Shown piece after piece: positions 38,186 through 50,404 of a stretch of DNA of 64,000 nt. The stretch is from Thelocarpon superellum (Eukaryota). The stretch spans positions 1 through 64,000 of the forward strand of contig JAPEUG010000011.1 in assembly GCA_026025795.1 (NCBI GenBank), in the 5' to 3' direction. The notes beneath the pieces were generated by a model, which was not told the origin of the DNA, ran no database searches, and saw nothing but the letters and a program-made list of their open reading frames with translations. Position 1 is the first letter of the stretch. Each line of letters starts with the position of its first letter. The position numbers and the translations under genes were made by a program.

Positions 38186-39087
38186 CTAGCAGTTGGGCTG
38201 TTGGTTGTTGTTCTGACAGTTGCTCAGGCAGCCCCAGCTGGTGATCTTGGGGTCGTCGTTGCCTGAGCCACCACAGGCCACGTTCTGGAACCGCACGTTG
38301 TTCCAATTCCTATCATCCACCGACCAGCACCGTCAGCCTCGCATGTTCATGGAGCTCATGGCAGGTGCAGGTGCAGGGGACAAAGGGCAAAGTGCAAAGG
38401 GCAAAGAACCATGGAAACTCACGAGCCGTCCGTCACGGATTGGTAGAATTGCTGGTACTGCTGCTGGTTCATGGCGTCCGCGGCAATGTCAAAGTGGAAG
38501 GCGTGCCCGTTGCTGTTGACGTCGCTGGTGCTGCATTGTGCGCAATGCGAGCCTTGACTTATCGGGCACTCATCCACAATCTTGAAGATCAATGACTGGT
38601 TGCACAGCGTCGTCTGTGTAGAGTCGTCCACCGGCGAGATCTGGAAGCATTGACCACACGCTCCTCCAGGGCCACCGGCGTTGGCTATGAGAAGTCACTT
38701 GGTCAGTCTGACGTGCATGTGCATAGTAGAGTGACTGGAATTGCGACGGGGGCTAGTACCGGAAGGATTGGCTCCGAAGCCCAATTGGTTGATGGCCGCC
38801 TGTTTTGACCTTGATCAGACCGATAGCACCGAGCATGTCGTTCCATGACTACTCACATAGAGGTATCCCGACCCACCCCCCGGCGAACCACCGGCGCCGC
38901 CGCCATCAGGCAGTGCCGTAGCACCACACGAAGTCCCGTGTGCGAACTCACTTCCAATATTGAACTGCGTCGTCGACGCCGTTCCCGAGCTGGGCAGCAC
39001 GTAGCCACCACCCTGGGCCCGCTTCTTCTTGAGCGACGCGCTCGATGCCAGGCCGACGAGAAGGAGCAGCGCCACGCCGACACGCAT
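38186..39087 (-). CDS. Secreted GH45 subfamily-C / expansin-like DPBB endoglucanase-like protein, 4 exons
   Basis: Signal peptide MRVGVALLLLVGLASS and KKKR processing site; GGYVLPSSGTASTTQF, AAINQLGFG, GGACGQCFQI, FKIVDECP, NSNGHAFHFDIA. Introns 38800-38856, 38685-38759 and 38310-38422 give one Cys-rich frame ending QQPNC*. Confidence 0.85.
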
Positions 39088-39302
39088 GATGGGGTCAAGG
39101 ACGTGGATGGGTTGGGGAGGTGTAGATGGCAAGGCGCAGAAGAAAGGTACGTAAGACCACGGTCGTCACCAGACGAACGGATCAACCGGAATCATTCGAG
39201 GGCTGGACCTGCTTCTTCAATCGAAGCGCGCTCACCGTCACGAGCGGAGAAGAAGCATGTCCATGTCACGGACAGGACGCTGAAGGAATGGTATTGTAAA
39301 AG

Positions 39303-39342
39303 GTGGATCGTGGATCGTGGATCGTGGATCGTGGATCGTGGA
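39303..39342. repeat. (GTGGATC)x5 heptamer repeat upstream of the GH45-like gene
   Basis: Five perfect units plus a partial sixth. Confidence 0.9.
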
Positions 39343-40884
39343 AGAAGCGCGCGACCAGTGGATGGGCGTAGCGGGGTCGAGCATAGAAATGTCAGGCCCG
39401 GTAGGATCGAAGTCGCCGCCATGGTTGCTACGACGCTGCTTGACCGCGGCCTTACGCACGCACGCTGTCATTGCAGAATATGGTAAGCTGGAGGATAGCA
39501 TTTGGGCATGAGTGAGTCCGCATGGACTGTTATGCACACGTCACGTTTCAGACCCGTGGTCGGTCGAGCGCTGAGCGCTGAGATCGCCGCTGGACCCACG
39601 TTGAGCCCCCGCCGTCGCTGACTGTAGCGTGAGTGGGAAGATCCGGGCCTCGTGCCTCGTGCCTCGTGCCTCCTGAGGACACCTGCGCTTGAATAGAGGG
39701 GATCTAGGTGAAACGGCTGCACCCACGACATCTGGACTGGGGAGGATGCACCGTCGAGGCACCCCCTGGTCGGGCTGCTCCTCAGCCGACCTGAGCGAGG
39801 ACTGGCTCTTCGAGCATAGTCGGCGACACCTGCTTCATCCCAAGTTGATGACCAGCTCCTATCCCGAATGTAAGGCGTGGTTGAGGCCAACGTACCCCGG
39901 GGGCACGGAATGCTACGAGGTCCTCCCACGGGTCGGTCGTACGGGGGTTCTTCCTACTGTGATACGAGCAACGCCATGAGCGGATGGGGCGCTGGTGGCG
40001 CTGCGAGTGGGGTGGCCAGTGTGCTCGGCTCGTGGCCTCGACTTGCATGACCAGACGCCGGCTAAGTCTCATACACGGCCAGGTACGAGTACCCGTACGT
40101 TGGTGTAGGGGCAGGGACGACATCGCATAGCATTGATGGGGCCAATTTGCGTTACAGCTTCTACCGACCGCTGATCGGGATTACGCACGTCGACCGAACT
40201 TGCGGCACGCTCTCCCTCCCACCCTACGACCACCGGTCTTCGTGCTCCTCCGAAGCTGTTGGCGTGCAGCATATTTCTGCCCCCCGTCCGAAACAAATTC
40301 GGAAATGAGTACCGAGGGCGTCCGTGGAGTGTTAAGTGCTCTGCCAAGAGCCGTCGACAACCCTCCGTCGAGCTTTCTAACGCTCTTTTGTCCCCCGCAC
40401 ACTGTTCTCAGACGATGAGCTTCCTCCATGCCATGACCGCCTATTGTGGGTCAAGTGCCAAGTCCAAAGTATCTTCAGAGCTCGTCCCCTGCGACGTGAG
40501 GCGCCCAAGGCTGATCCAAGCGTTGTCCTCAGCTCAACAGGTTCTCAGCAATTGCGCATGGTCATCGTGACTTCTGTCGAGCCTCATTCCCAAGCTTCAT
40601 AGGATACATGTTATGGAAGAATTCCCTGACACAGCTGATGGTGACAATGTGGCCAACGTAACGTCTTCGTCCACCCCTGCTACCTCCCTCTCATCCAGTT
40701 GCACGACCCCCGTGATGATGGAGCAATGCCGAGAGCATCTGCTGTCGACCGTTCGAGCGCCCGATGAGAACGCCATCACAATCTCATCGAGCCAATCGTG
40801 ACAAATGGCACCCTTCGTTGGAGCTGACCTTTTAGGATCTTGCGCAATCTGGGTGGTCGTCGTCCTTCTACCGCTCGCGAAAAA

Positions 40885-43104
40885 CTACCAGGTTTCCTGC
40901 TTATACCGCCCCTCGTTCTCCATCGTGGTTAGGTAGGATTCAGCCTCCGTCCGGCTCGTCGCACCCTCCTGCTGGAAAACATCGGTCAATGCCTCACGCA
41001 CCGCTTGCGGCATCTTCCCTGATGACCTGCGGGGAGAAGTGTCAACCTCGGTGGACGGGACGTGCCCGAGAAATGGGGGAGGCACGCACCCGCAGACATA
41101 CACGATGCCAGTCTCTCGGTGCAAGAGTTGGTGGACGAGGGTAGCCTGTTGTCGGATGACATCTTGCACGTAGATTTTCCTTTCCTTCGCGGCCGCACCA
41201 GCATCAGTCTGCCGCGTCAGTCCAATCGTAGCCATGGCGCGACCAACCTGGTCCCGTGAGAAAGCGGTGAAGACGCGAAGATCCAGGCGCTCCTTCAACT
41301 GCAGCCATTCAGTCTCGTAGAAGAAATCCGCCGCATGGTTTCGACCTCCGAAGAAGAGCACGCTCATGTTTGCCGGAGCATCGCCACGAACGAGCGACCT
41401 GTCCCTGTCATTCTCGAGCCACTGCAGTCGTTCCCAGAGCATGGATCGCATCGGCGCCACTCCAGTGCCAGGAGCAATCAGAATCACCGGCCTCCGCGCC
41501 TCCATCGCTGTGGCATGGAGACCGCCTTTGCGCAACAGCACACCGAGCGGTGTGCCCACGGGCAAGCTAGCCAGATACCGTGTACAGACGCCTTCTCGGA
41601 TCTTCTTGATCACGGTGCGGTATCGGACAATGGCCACGAGCAGCTCAAACTTCGTGCCTGCGGCTGTCTCGCCTTGGTGGACGTATTTGAGGGGTCCTCC
41701 GCTGGCGATGCTAAACTGTCGACCGCGCAAGAGGGGAATCACGTTCCCAACACGCGACCACGGTAGCTTGACGCTGTCGAACTCTTGTAACACTTCCAGG
41801 ATGCTTCGTCGAGGACGTGTGGTGTAATCATACAGCTCGTCCACAAACTCTGGATCCGTAAACTCCAGTAATCGTTCTTTCTGCTGCGCATCTGTAGCAT
41901 AGTGCGAGGCAAATGAGAAGAAGGATCGACGGGGAATTGACGTGATATCTAGATAGGAGGTCAGTAGCCAACGCAGGGTGCAATGTGCTTGAAGGGGCAG
42001 ATTCGGGATCGGCGGAGGCGTTTCTATGTCCGGTTGAACGGTGGAGCGGGTGTCGAACCATCGGAGGGACCGATGGGCCACATCATTCCAGCCCATGAGG
42101 TCGATAAAGTGTTGAACATCCTCTGGAAAGTTTCTCGGAAAGATGGTAAGCACGTCACCGGGCCCGTATTCCAGAGGCAACGGGCTCGTCAGCGTGAGTT
42201 GGCGTACGTCTTGCCAGTGGCCCTTGGGCGTGACGCGTTCATTGTGTGTGAGGGTGGCGCTGATGGCCCCCGGCACAGGACAAGCCTCAGTCTTCGGCAA
42301 CGATATCTCCGTACGCTCACTGGGCTGTTGGTGGGCGTGACCGTCTGGGCCACTGGCGAGCTCTAAGATCCATTTGGGCGGAAGGAGGACATCATCCGGG
42401 ATGGGCCCCAACCCTTCTGGAAGTGGGTAGCTGGACAAGAGATGCTGGCGGAGCGAGGAGATCCACGGCGATAAGCTTCCCTCGGTCCTAATCAAGGTCG
42501 ACGAGGATAGTCAGACCCCGTGCGGCTGAGTCGATGAGAGGGTGACATTCTACTGACCCTTCCGGGTGCTGTTCATCTGCCTTGCCGGACGGGATCACCT
42601 CTGTGGCCCCCAACTGTACGAGGCGTTTGCGCAACTTACGGCCAGCCCAATTGAACCTACCGCGCCATTGCAGTAAGCCAACCATGTGCCGTCGGCGTCG
42701 GGGCTAAGGAGCCTGCACTTAGGGTACGAACTGTCTCCCAGGCCACAGAGAGCAAAGGAGACGTCCTTCAACAGGGTCGCGGGCAGGCCTTTTCGTAGTA
42801 GGCTGCGCCAAAAGATGTGAGCATTGGCGGGCAGCTCTCCCTGGCCCGTGGTCGAGATGGCCAAGAGGACGACGGTGTACCGGGTAAGGCGGCCGATGGC
42901 GACGGCGTTCAGCTCGGCGAGCCGGACCATGAAGCGCAGCCGTTCCGCCATGCGACCTAGCTCTTCGGCGACGTCGTGCGCTGTGCCCGTCTCAGAGCCA
43001 TAGAGCACTAGGGCAGTGCGCCGGGGACGTTGATCACCGTCCATCCTCATCGACGCCGATGACGGTCCATCATCTCGTGGTGGGCTCATGGACCTCAACG
43101 CCAT
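40885..43104 (-). CDS. TAH18: NADPH-dependent diflavin oxidoreductase 1 (cytosolic Fe-S assembly), 5 exons
   Basis: FMN domain LYGSETGTA, STTGQGELPANA, GLGDSSYPKFNWA; DELYDYTTRPRRSILEVL, RQFSIAS, GVCTRYL, PGTGVAPMRS, C-terminal RYKQETW. Start uncertain (ATGs at 43104, 43089, about 43050 and 43044). Confidence 0.95.
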
Positions 43105-43735
43105 GACCGTTGAGCTCGCAAGAATCACAGCATGTCGGCGTGTTGGTGATGGTGGTCTAGGACTGTGCGTGGTGCTGGAGATCCGGCCGGTCCACGTTGG
43201 CTTAGGGCCTTTCTTGACTACTCTAGTCGGCGTTCGCTTCTTGCTGCCCTTGCAGCAGCGGCCCTCGCGCTACGTGCAGTCGATCTCATTGATAACAGGC
43301 GATCGACTCGGTTGATGGTGGAGGACGGATGACGTGACTCGTCGCCTAAGCGAAGATTTGGCTTGAACATTCGTGTGGCTCGTCACTCTCCCACCGAGCG
43401 CCCAAGCCTGGGCCGCATTATTGATTGGCGTAGCGAGGCCCAGAGGTCGACAACACCGAGAGTGACGGAGGAAGCCGCCATACCCGTTTCGCGTAAGCCT
43501 GCCCACAATATTTTTTGTGTTGCCCCTTCTCACGCACCCTGACGATCGGACCGGTCGACCTCGTCTTCTACCTCAGCTCTTTGAACAACTTCATCCTCCT
43601 TCTATTCCTCAACCCGTTCCGCCGCCTTCTCCACCCGCCTCCTCAACTCCCTCTAGGGCTCTCAGCTACCCTTGCGCCCCCGTACTCGCTCTCCTTCAAG
43701 CTCACCGCGTGCCCGCTCTCGCTCGCATCTTCGTG

Positions 43736-43880
43736 GTACGTCGATAGCTCCGGAGGCGCCCGAGTAGATGGTGATGCCGACGAGGCACTGCCCGTCCACC
43801 AGACGGCGGGCAGCACCTTTCCTGAGCCGGCGTTGGTCGTGGTGCACCTCGTGTCTCTCCCACTAACACCCGTGTGCCAG
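43736..43880 (+). other. Probable 5'-UTR intron of the RRM gene
   Basis: Donor G|GTACGT at 43736, branch CTAAC at 43863-43867, acceptor CCAG at 43880, after a pyrimidine-rich leader. Confidence 0.6.
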
Positions 43881-43944
43881 CGACAGCCTCTTGATTCATC
43901 TCCGATACACGTGCCATCCTACAACGGACGCAAGCTTGTCAAAC

Positions 43945-45226
43945 ATGTCGGGATCTGTCGTCGATAGTCTGACGTCTGGCATGGCGAATGCCAGCATCTC
44001 TGACCCCGCTGGGGCCGCGCCGGCCAACGACGTCCCGGTGTCCGCCGACCATGGCACCCACGCCGCCAACAATGAGGCCGTGCTCGCCAGCGCGGCCGAG
44101 GGTAGGAGACTGTACATTGGCAACCTGGCGTACGCCACGACCGAGACGGAACTCAAGGAATTCTTCACGGGCTACTTGGTGTAAGCCGCTGAGAGCTTCG
44201 GCCTCGCGAACGTGCGTGGGGTGCAGCTGACCGATTCCCTTTGCAGGGAGTCTACTTCGATTCCAACCAATCCTCGCACCACCCGTCCCGTGGGTTACGC
44301 CTTCGTGGACCTGTCCACCCCCACCGAGGCCGAGCGTGCCATCGAAGAGCTCTCGGGCAAGGAGATTCTCGAGCGGAAGGTGTCGGTGCAGCTCGCGCGC
44401 AAGCCCGAGGCTGCTGATGGGGTGAATGGGGGGGATGCTGGTAGTGGTGGCGAAGGCGGCCGTCGGCGCGGCGGAGGACGTGGTCGAGGACGTGCGCGAA
44501 TTCGAGGTGGTCGCTCAGGCCGTGGCGGCCGCGGAGGCGTGAGTAGCGTGCTAGGCCTACGATGACAGCGGTCGTGAACTTTGGTGCTGACGTCGAACGT
44601 ATAGGCCCGTGACGACTCTGGCTTGGACGGGCCCGCCAACGTGACGGGTCAAGCCGGCCCCCTGACGGAGAGCACCAACGAGGCTCTGACGGGCGAGGGC
44701 AACAACGACAAAACCCGTGTGCCCCGGGAGCGCAAGCAGCGCGGTCCGCCTGAGGATGGTGTGGCGTCCAAGGTCAAGGTCATGGTGGCCAATCTTCCCT
44801 ATGATCTGAGTGAGGAGAAGGTAATTAGGTTGATCCGTTGGATAGGGGATGCACCGTGGCACCGAGGCCTGGCTAACGCATGTGGGACGACAGCTCAAGG
44901 AACTCTTCGTCGACTACCAGCCGTCGTCGGCCAAGATCGCCCTCCGGCCGATCCCTCGCTTCATGGTCAAGAAGCTTCACGCGCGCAACGAGCCGCGCAA
45001 GGGCCGCGGCTTCGGCTTCGTTACGTTGGCCTCGGAAGAGCTGCAGCAGAAGGCGGTGCAGGAGATGAATGGCAAGGAGGTCGAGGGCCGCGAGATCGCC
45101 GTCAAGGTGGCCATCGACAGCCCGGGCAAGGAAGATGATGACCTCAATGCCCCCACGGCCGAGGTGGCGACGGGAACGGTGGAAAACGGTGTTCAGGAGG
45201 GGGAGAGCGTGCCCGTGGTTGCCTAG
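43945..45226 (+). CDS. Two-RRM RNA-binding protein with RGG linker, 4 coding exons
   Basis: RRM1 LYIGNLAY (RNP2) and PVGYAFVDL (RNP1); RGG-rich linker; RRM2 VMVANLPY and RGFGFVTL. Introns 44181-44246, 44539-44604, 44821-44893. Confidence 0.92.
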
Positions 45227-46362
45227 AGCCTCGGGGGGGTGGGGCCCGTGGTCCGTGGCCTGCCACGCCGTCTGACGTCTGTGTCATGCACCACACGTGG
45301 TGATACGTGTTGTGCCAACGGCGCGTGCGTGGCTGGGGGCTGGGCGGTTGATGGTTGGTTGGCTGATACTCGGATGCTGCAGTGGTGGTTGGAGATTGGA
45401 GGAGACGAAGATGGAGGATGGCACGGCGGTGTGTTATGGATGGAGGGGTTGATAGAGCGCTTGCTATTTCGATCATGGGAACACGGCCGTGAGCAGAAGC
45501 ACAAGCGCACTCTGAGGAACTCCTCCTCGTCCTCAGATCTCACATCACACATTACAGACTTCAGCCCTCAGACCTCATACCTCAGATGACTCGTTAGGTA
45601 TGTGCCTACGTACCGACGTAGTTCGCACAGCCATCATTTTCCTCTTGACCTCTGCTTTCAGCGACAGGAAAGGATTTCACTCCGCCCAAATGCAAGAAAC
45701 AATACGTTTCCGGTTTTCTCTACTGCGTTTACTTGAGACCCAGGCTCAGACTCTTCTTCGTTCGTCGTACATCTCAATCCCAATCTCGGTCCCAAAGCAA
45801 GTGTCATCGGTGTCGGTCTGATCCCGTCCTCGTCCCACCCTCTCACACCGCATTCACCAAGCCTGACCCTCACTGCCTCCCGGCCATCATCCCCCAACCT
45901 ATTCCGCGTCCTCCTAGCATCCACGGCGCACTCTCTCCTTGCTCGCTCCCATGATGATGCGCTCTCCTCACCGACTCTAATGATGATGCGCTCTTTTCTC
46001 ATACTCAATCAAGGCGAGCGTCCATACACTCGATTCCCACACTACAAGTCCATTCTCGTGCACGTTTGTTCTCGCCAGCTCCCTCCACATTGTTGATTGT
46101 TCTCTCGAGGTGCCTGCACCCTCGACTTTCTGACCCTCTAGCTTCCCGGCGCTCTGGATTTCGCATTGGGAGAGACGTCACGATCGACTCCAGCTTCAGC
46201 CTCACTTCAGGTCTGTGCCTGTGTATTTGTACGTGTACGTATGAATTACATCTACCTCTCCTATCTGCCGGGCTACTTGGCCCGTGATTATCTCCAAAAA
46301 GGTAAAAGAACTAGGTCACTACTACCTGATGACGATGGCGCCTTAGAAGGGCAAGAGAAAGA

Positions 46363-48814
46363 TCAAGAGATCGCGAGCGTTTGTGCTGGGCCCTTCATGT
46401 CCTTGACGGTGACACCTTGGGTTCCGACATCGATCTGGTGGTATGTACCGCCTGGGCCTCTCACCCCCACCATGCTGCCGCTGAAGGTCCCACGCGGCGT
46501 GCTCGGATCTCGAAGGACGGGATTGGTGCCGTCGGGATTCCAGCCAAAGACATACGTCAGCACGACGTCGCCGAAGCTGGCGCCATTGTTCTCGTTGAAT
46601 GTCTCGCCCTGGTCGGGCAGACTGATGCGCGCTTGGTTCTTGAGGCCGCCGGGAGCGGTGCCGTTCTTGCCGCCAAAGTACGAGCCGCTGAAGTCTGAGA
46701 CACTAGCGGCCCATTGGGCCGTCGACTCGGCGGCCGAGGCCGACGCAGGGCCGGCTGGGTCGATGAGCTGGTAGCATTGCGCCCAGGTGGATTCGGCGAG
46801 CACGCCACTGAAGGCCTTGAGGTACGTCATCATGCCATTGTAGTCGCCGAGGCGCGACGCCCCGGCCGCGGCGAGCGCCGGCCAGGCGGCGTAGGCCCCA
46901 TTGGAGCCGTGGTCGGGCCGCATGGACACGTTGGCCGCGAGATCCGAGAGCGAGAGAGCGCGCATCCACGGGCCGGTGTAGAGATCGTGGTGCATGAAGG
47001 AGAGCATGTCGCTCTTGATGGACTCGTTCAGATACTTGGTGAAGTAGACGGAGATGGTGTCGAAGTCGTACACGTGCTTGACCGCCTGGCGGGTGCCGTC
47101 CGGGTAGGTCGTCAGCCAGTAGCCCGTCCCCGGGCCGGCGTACAGGGAGAGCACGGTCGCCGACAGGTTCTGCGCCATGCTCGCAAAGGTGCTGGCGCCG
47201 GTGGTGTTCTTCATCGCTTGAAGTAAGGAGCTGAACTCGTCCATCATCCACACGTTGGCGGCATTCAAGCTCGGCACCATGTTGACATACGTCACCACCT
47301 CTTCCAGGAGGTTCGACAGCTTGCCGTAGTCGGCCAAGCCAAACGTCGGATTCAGCAGCGTCTTCCAGTACGTGGCGCGCGCCTCCATCTGCGCCAGGTT
47401 GGTGGAGCCCTGGCCCGCGGGCAGCTTCAGCCAGGCATAGTCGCCCGTCATGTTGACGTATCGGAGCATGGTCGTGAAGATGGCCAAGTCGTTGGCCGAA
47501 TACCACGGGCCCACCAGACCCTCGCTCAGGTAATCCACCGCGTAGCCGCTGTAGACGCCGCCTTTGAGGAACAGGCTGACCTGTTCCTTGAGGAAATCCG
47601 GGTCGAGCAACGCCAGCAGACCCGACCACAGCGACGTGTCCCACGCGTACACGATCGTCGTGCCCTCATCCGGCCCCACGGTGGCGTACACCCGCGGGAA
47701 CCGCAGGTTTGTTCGCATCGTCATGAGGATGGAGATGACGGATTGGTACCAGAGGGCAGAGATCTCCGCGTCGTCCGTCACCAGGACCGGTAGCGATCCC
47801 GAGAAGAAGCCATTACCGGGCGTGAAGACGTCCTGGTAGCGCTGCGACCACTGGCTCTGGCTCTCGTCCCAGACGCTGGTGAAGTTGGTGAGCGCATCCT
47901 TGGCGATCTTGACCGTGGACGTGCTTGATTGATTTCCCACCGCCAGCGTCATCAAGAGCGTCACATTTCCGTGCGCTGGGATGGTGGGCGTGATGATGGC
48001 GACGCCGGGCTGCTTGCTGGTGTTGGTCGACGACGTGCCCATGGAGAATGCAAAGGCAGACGACGTCGAACTCTGCGAGTCCGTCGTCAATGCAGTCGTG
48101 TTGTCCGGGAACGAGGTGGGAAAGCCCCCCTGGTCCGGTCGGGGCGTGGTCCACGGCCAGCTCCCAGGCTGGAAGCGCCAGTCCGACGCCAGGTTGATGC
48201 TCAGCGCCGGATTCGCATTGCTGTCTCCCGTATTTTCCATCTCCAAGCGCAGCATCACCAAGTTTTTCTCGAAGCCTACGCGTACCGTCGACGTGATGTT
48301 GACTGTCCCCACAGCGGCGGTTCGGACGACCTGATAAGGATACCATTTGGCCGACGTGGCATTGACGTCTTCCCCGTCCAACTGGAGGGCGGCGCTCTCA
48401 CCGCCCTGGCTGAAAGGGGGAAAGGTGCCGGAGGTAAAGGATAAGAGGTTGGAGGTCGTGGCAATGCCGCCCCAGAATCCCTCGGCGGATGGGTGGTTGT
48501 ATACTTCCTCCACCGTCTGCCATTCGCCCGCCAGGTCATCGAGCGATGGGACGGGCGAGCGACGACAGTCGGTGCCGACGAGGCAGCCGCCGAGCGCACC
48601 GCATGCGTCCTTGGCGATGCCCTTGCCCAGGGACTCGGTGGAGGCGAAGGCGGAGTCGACACCAGTCGGGCAGACAGTTGGTGCTACGCATTGTCAGGCC
48701 GAAGCCTCGGGCTAGCATCTGGGAGCACCACCTACCCTTGGGATCTGAGGACGCGGGAGCAACAAGGCTCATGGCAATGCCGACGAGGCATAGGACGAGT
48801 CGAGGAGAACACAT
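46363..48814 (-). CDS. Secreted 799-aa putative six-hairpin ((alpha/alpha)6) glycoside hydrolase-like protein, 2 exons
   Basis: Exon 1 (48814-48736) encodes signal peptide MCSPRLVLCLVGIAMSLVAPASS; intron 48684-48735 (GTAGGT..CCTGAC..TAG); exon 2 is 2321 nt without interruption. Beta-rich N-terminal half, then YAWDTSLW (WD motif as in GH37/GH63-like enzymes) and helical repeats; 13 N-X-S/T sequons. The gene itself is well supported; the function is inferred. Confidence 0.8.
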
Positions 48815-48928
48815 ATCTGGAGCACTGCATGGGACACGATACAGCCATCGAGCGAAGCAACACGAGGCACGCGCCGGCCGGTCTCGTCTCCACACAAGAC
48901 CCCGGGCCGGGCGGGGGACATGACGCGA

Positions 48929-48936
48929 CCCTTATA
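48929..48936 (-). promoter_or_regulatory. Candidate TATA box of the secreted GH-like gene
   Basis: Minus-strand TATAAGGG in GC-rich surroundings, about 115 bp upstream of ATG 48814. Confidence 0.5.
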
Positions 48937-50404
48937 CGGCCGCCGGCCGCGGCGGCGAGGAGGAGTGGCGGCATGACTGGATCAGCTACTCCGTGTTTGC
49001 CACGCGGCGAGCGGTCGATGTTTGGGACCGACTGGAGGGAGAGTGGCAAGAACGGCAGGTCAAAGGAGTAGAAACAGCGACGATCGGGCCGAGGACGATG
49101 AGCAGCAAGCATTGACGGCTGCATGGCGTCTCCTAGAGGCCCGTCACCGCGGTACCCCACATCTGCCATCTGCACAGCAGTGCGATGATCGTCGGGGCCA
49201 GACAGGAACCGGCCATGTGGCCCCGGCATCAGATGCGGCAACCCCGGACCTCCCCTCGTCCCCACCGCCGGGCTACCCCACCCACCCGGAGCAGGCTCCT
49301 GCCCGGGGCGTCTGGTGCGCGGTGGTCCAGCTGCATTTGCACAAGCCAAATGCTGGCGGTTCCGGTTGTTCGACCCAAACCGGCTAGGGTGCCGGTGCAT
49401 TGATGAAGGTGCTCGACTTACAAAGTAGTCATGAGATCTCGCTCAGCGAAGCGACGCGGCGAGGAAGCGAGACCCCCTCTTGGGCCCGTGGGCCTTCGCA
49501 CGGTCCGGAGCCTTTCTCCATCGTAGAGCGTCAGAAGCACCGGGCAGAAGCTGATGGTGCTTGGAAGGACCTGGCAGGATGGAGTGGAGCCGCAGCATGT
49601 GCGTCAGTGAGCGTGGCGGAGGGAAAGCTCTCGGTCTGGAAGACGAATGGCAGACGTCGGATGGCATGCGTTACGTGCGACCCATCCGGCCCATCCGCGC
49701 ATCATTCGCCCTCGAGATCCGACACGGCTTAGCTTAGAGCGGGTGCCAGCCCCTGCAATCGTACCAGAGCTGGAATCAAGCAATGCCATGAATGCCATGA
49801 ATACCAGGACGCTTCGGTGCGTTTACATTGGTGGAGCTTGTTGAACCAATCGCGCGGTTGACCTTCATGAACGGGACGGGGGATTATGCCGCTGGGCACG
49901 ACCACGATGGCCGCGATACTCCATCGTTTCACAGTGGATGACGAGAGATGTCCATTCTGTCTACCAATTTCCCGCGTGTCCCCATGGCGGCGGATCTCGT
50001 CTTGGCGAGAAATCAGCGTCTGATGGGTCGCCACCGTCCCGGCGATGCCCTTTCCAATCCTGACCATGACATGTCTAAGTAGATGTTCCAATGTCGATCA
50101 AAACCGAAACACTCTGGACCGGGGCCCCCTGCGGCAATCCTCTATTATCTTAGCGCTTCAGCCGTGCCGATCGTAGAGGTGACCCGGCGTCCAACGGCAG
50201 CCGCGAGAGTTAGTTGCTCGCGGTGCTTCACGGTCGATTTCTCTCGCTACCTCCTTCCCTTCCAGGATAACTACATGTCGGCCGTCTACGAAACGTTCCT
50301 CCTCCGCGTATCTACACTCACGCGACCTCGTCCTCTTGTCCGCGGACCTCCCCTCCTCCGCCAATCCCCGCAACCCCGCGACCGGCCCAATCGGATCGGC
50401 GCTG

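Noticed and set aside
39303..39342. Short tandem repeats as a CRISPR-like or telomeric array
   Set aside because: Contiguous units without spacers in a eukaryotic genome, and not TTAGGG; ordinary micro/minisatellites.
40400..40800. Possible decayed coding remnant downstream of TAH18
   Set aside because: No recognisable homology, so a pseudogene call is unsupported without a translated search.
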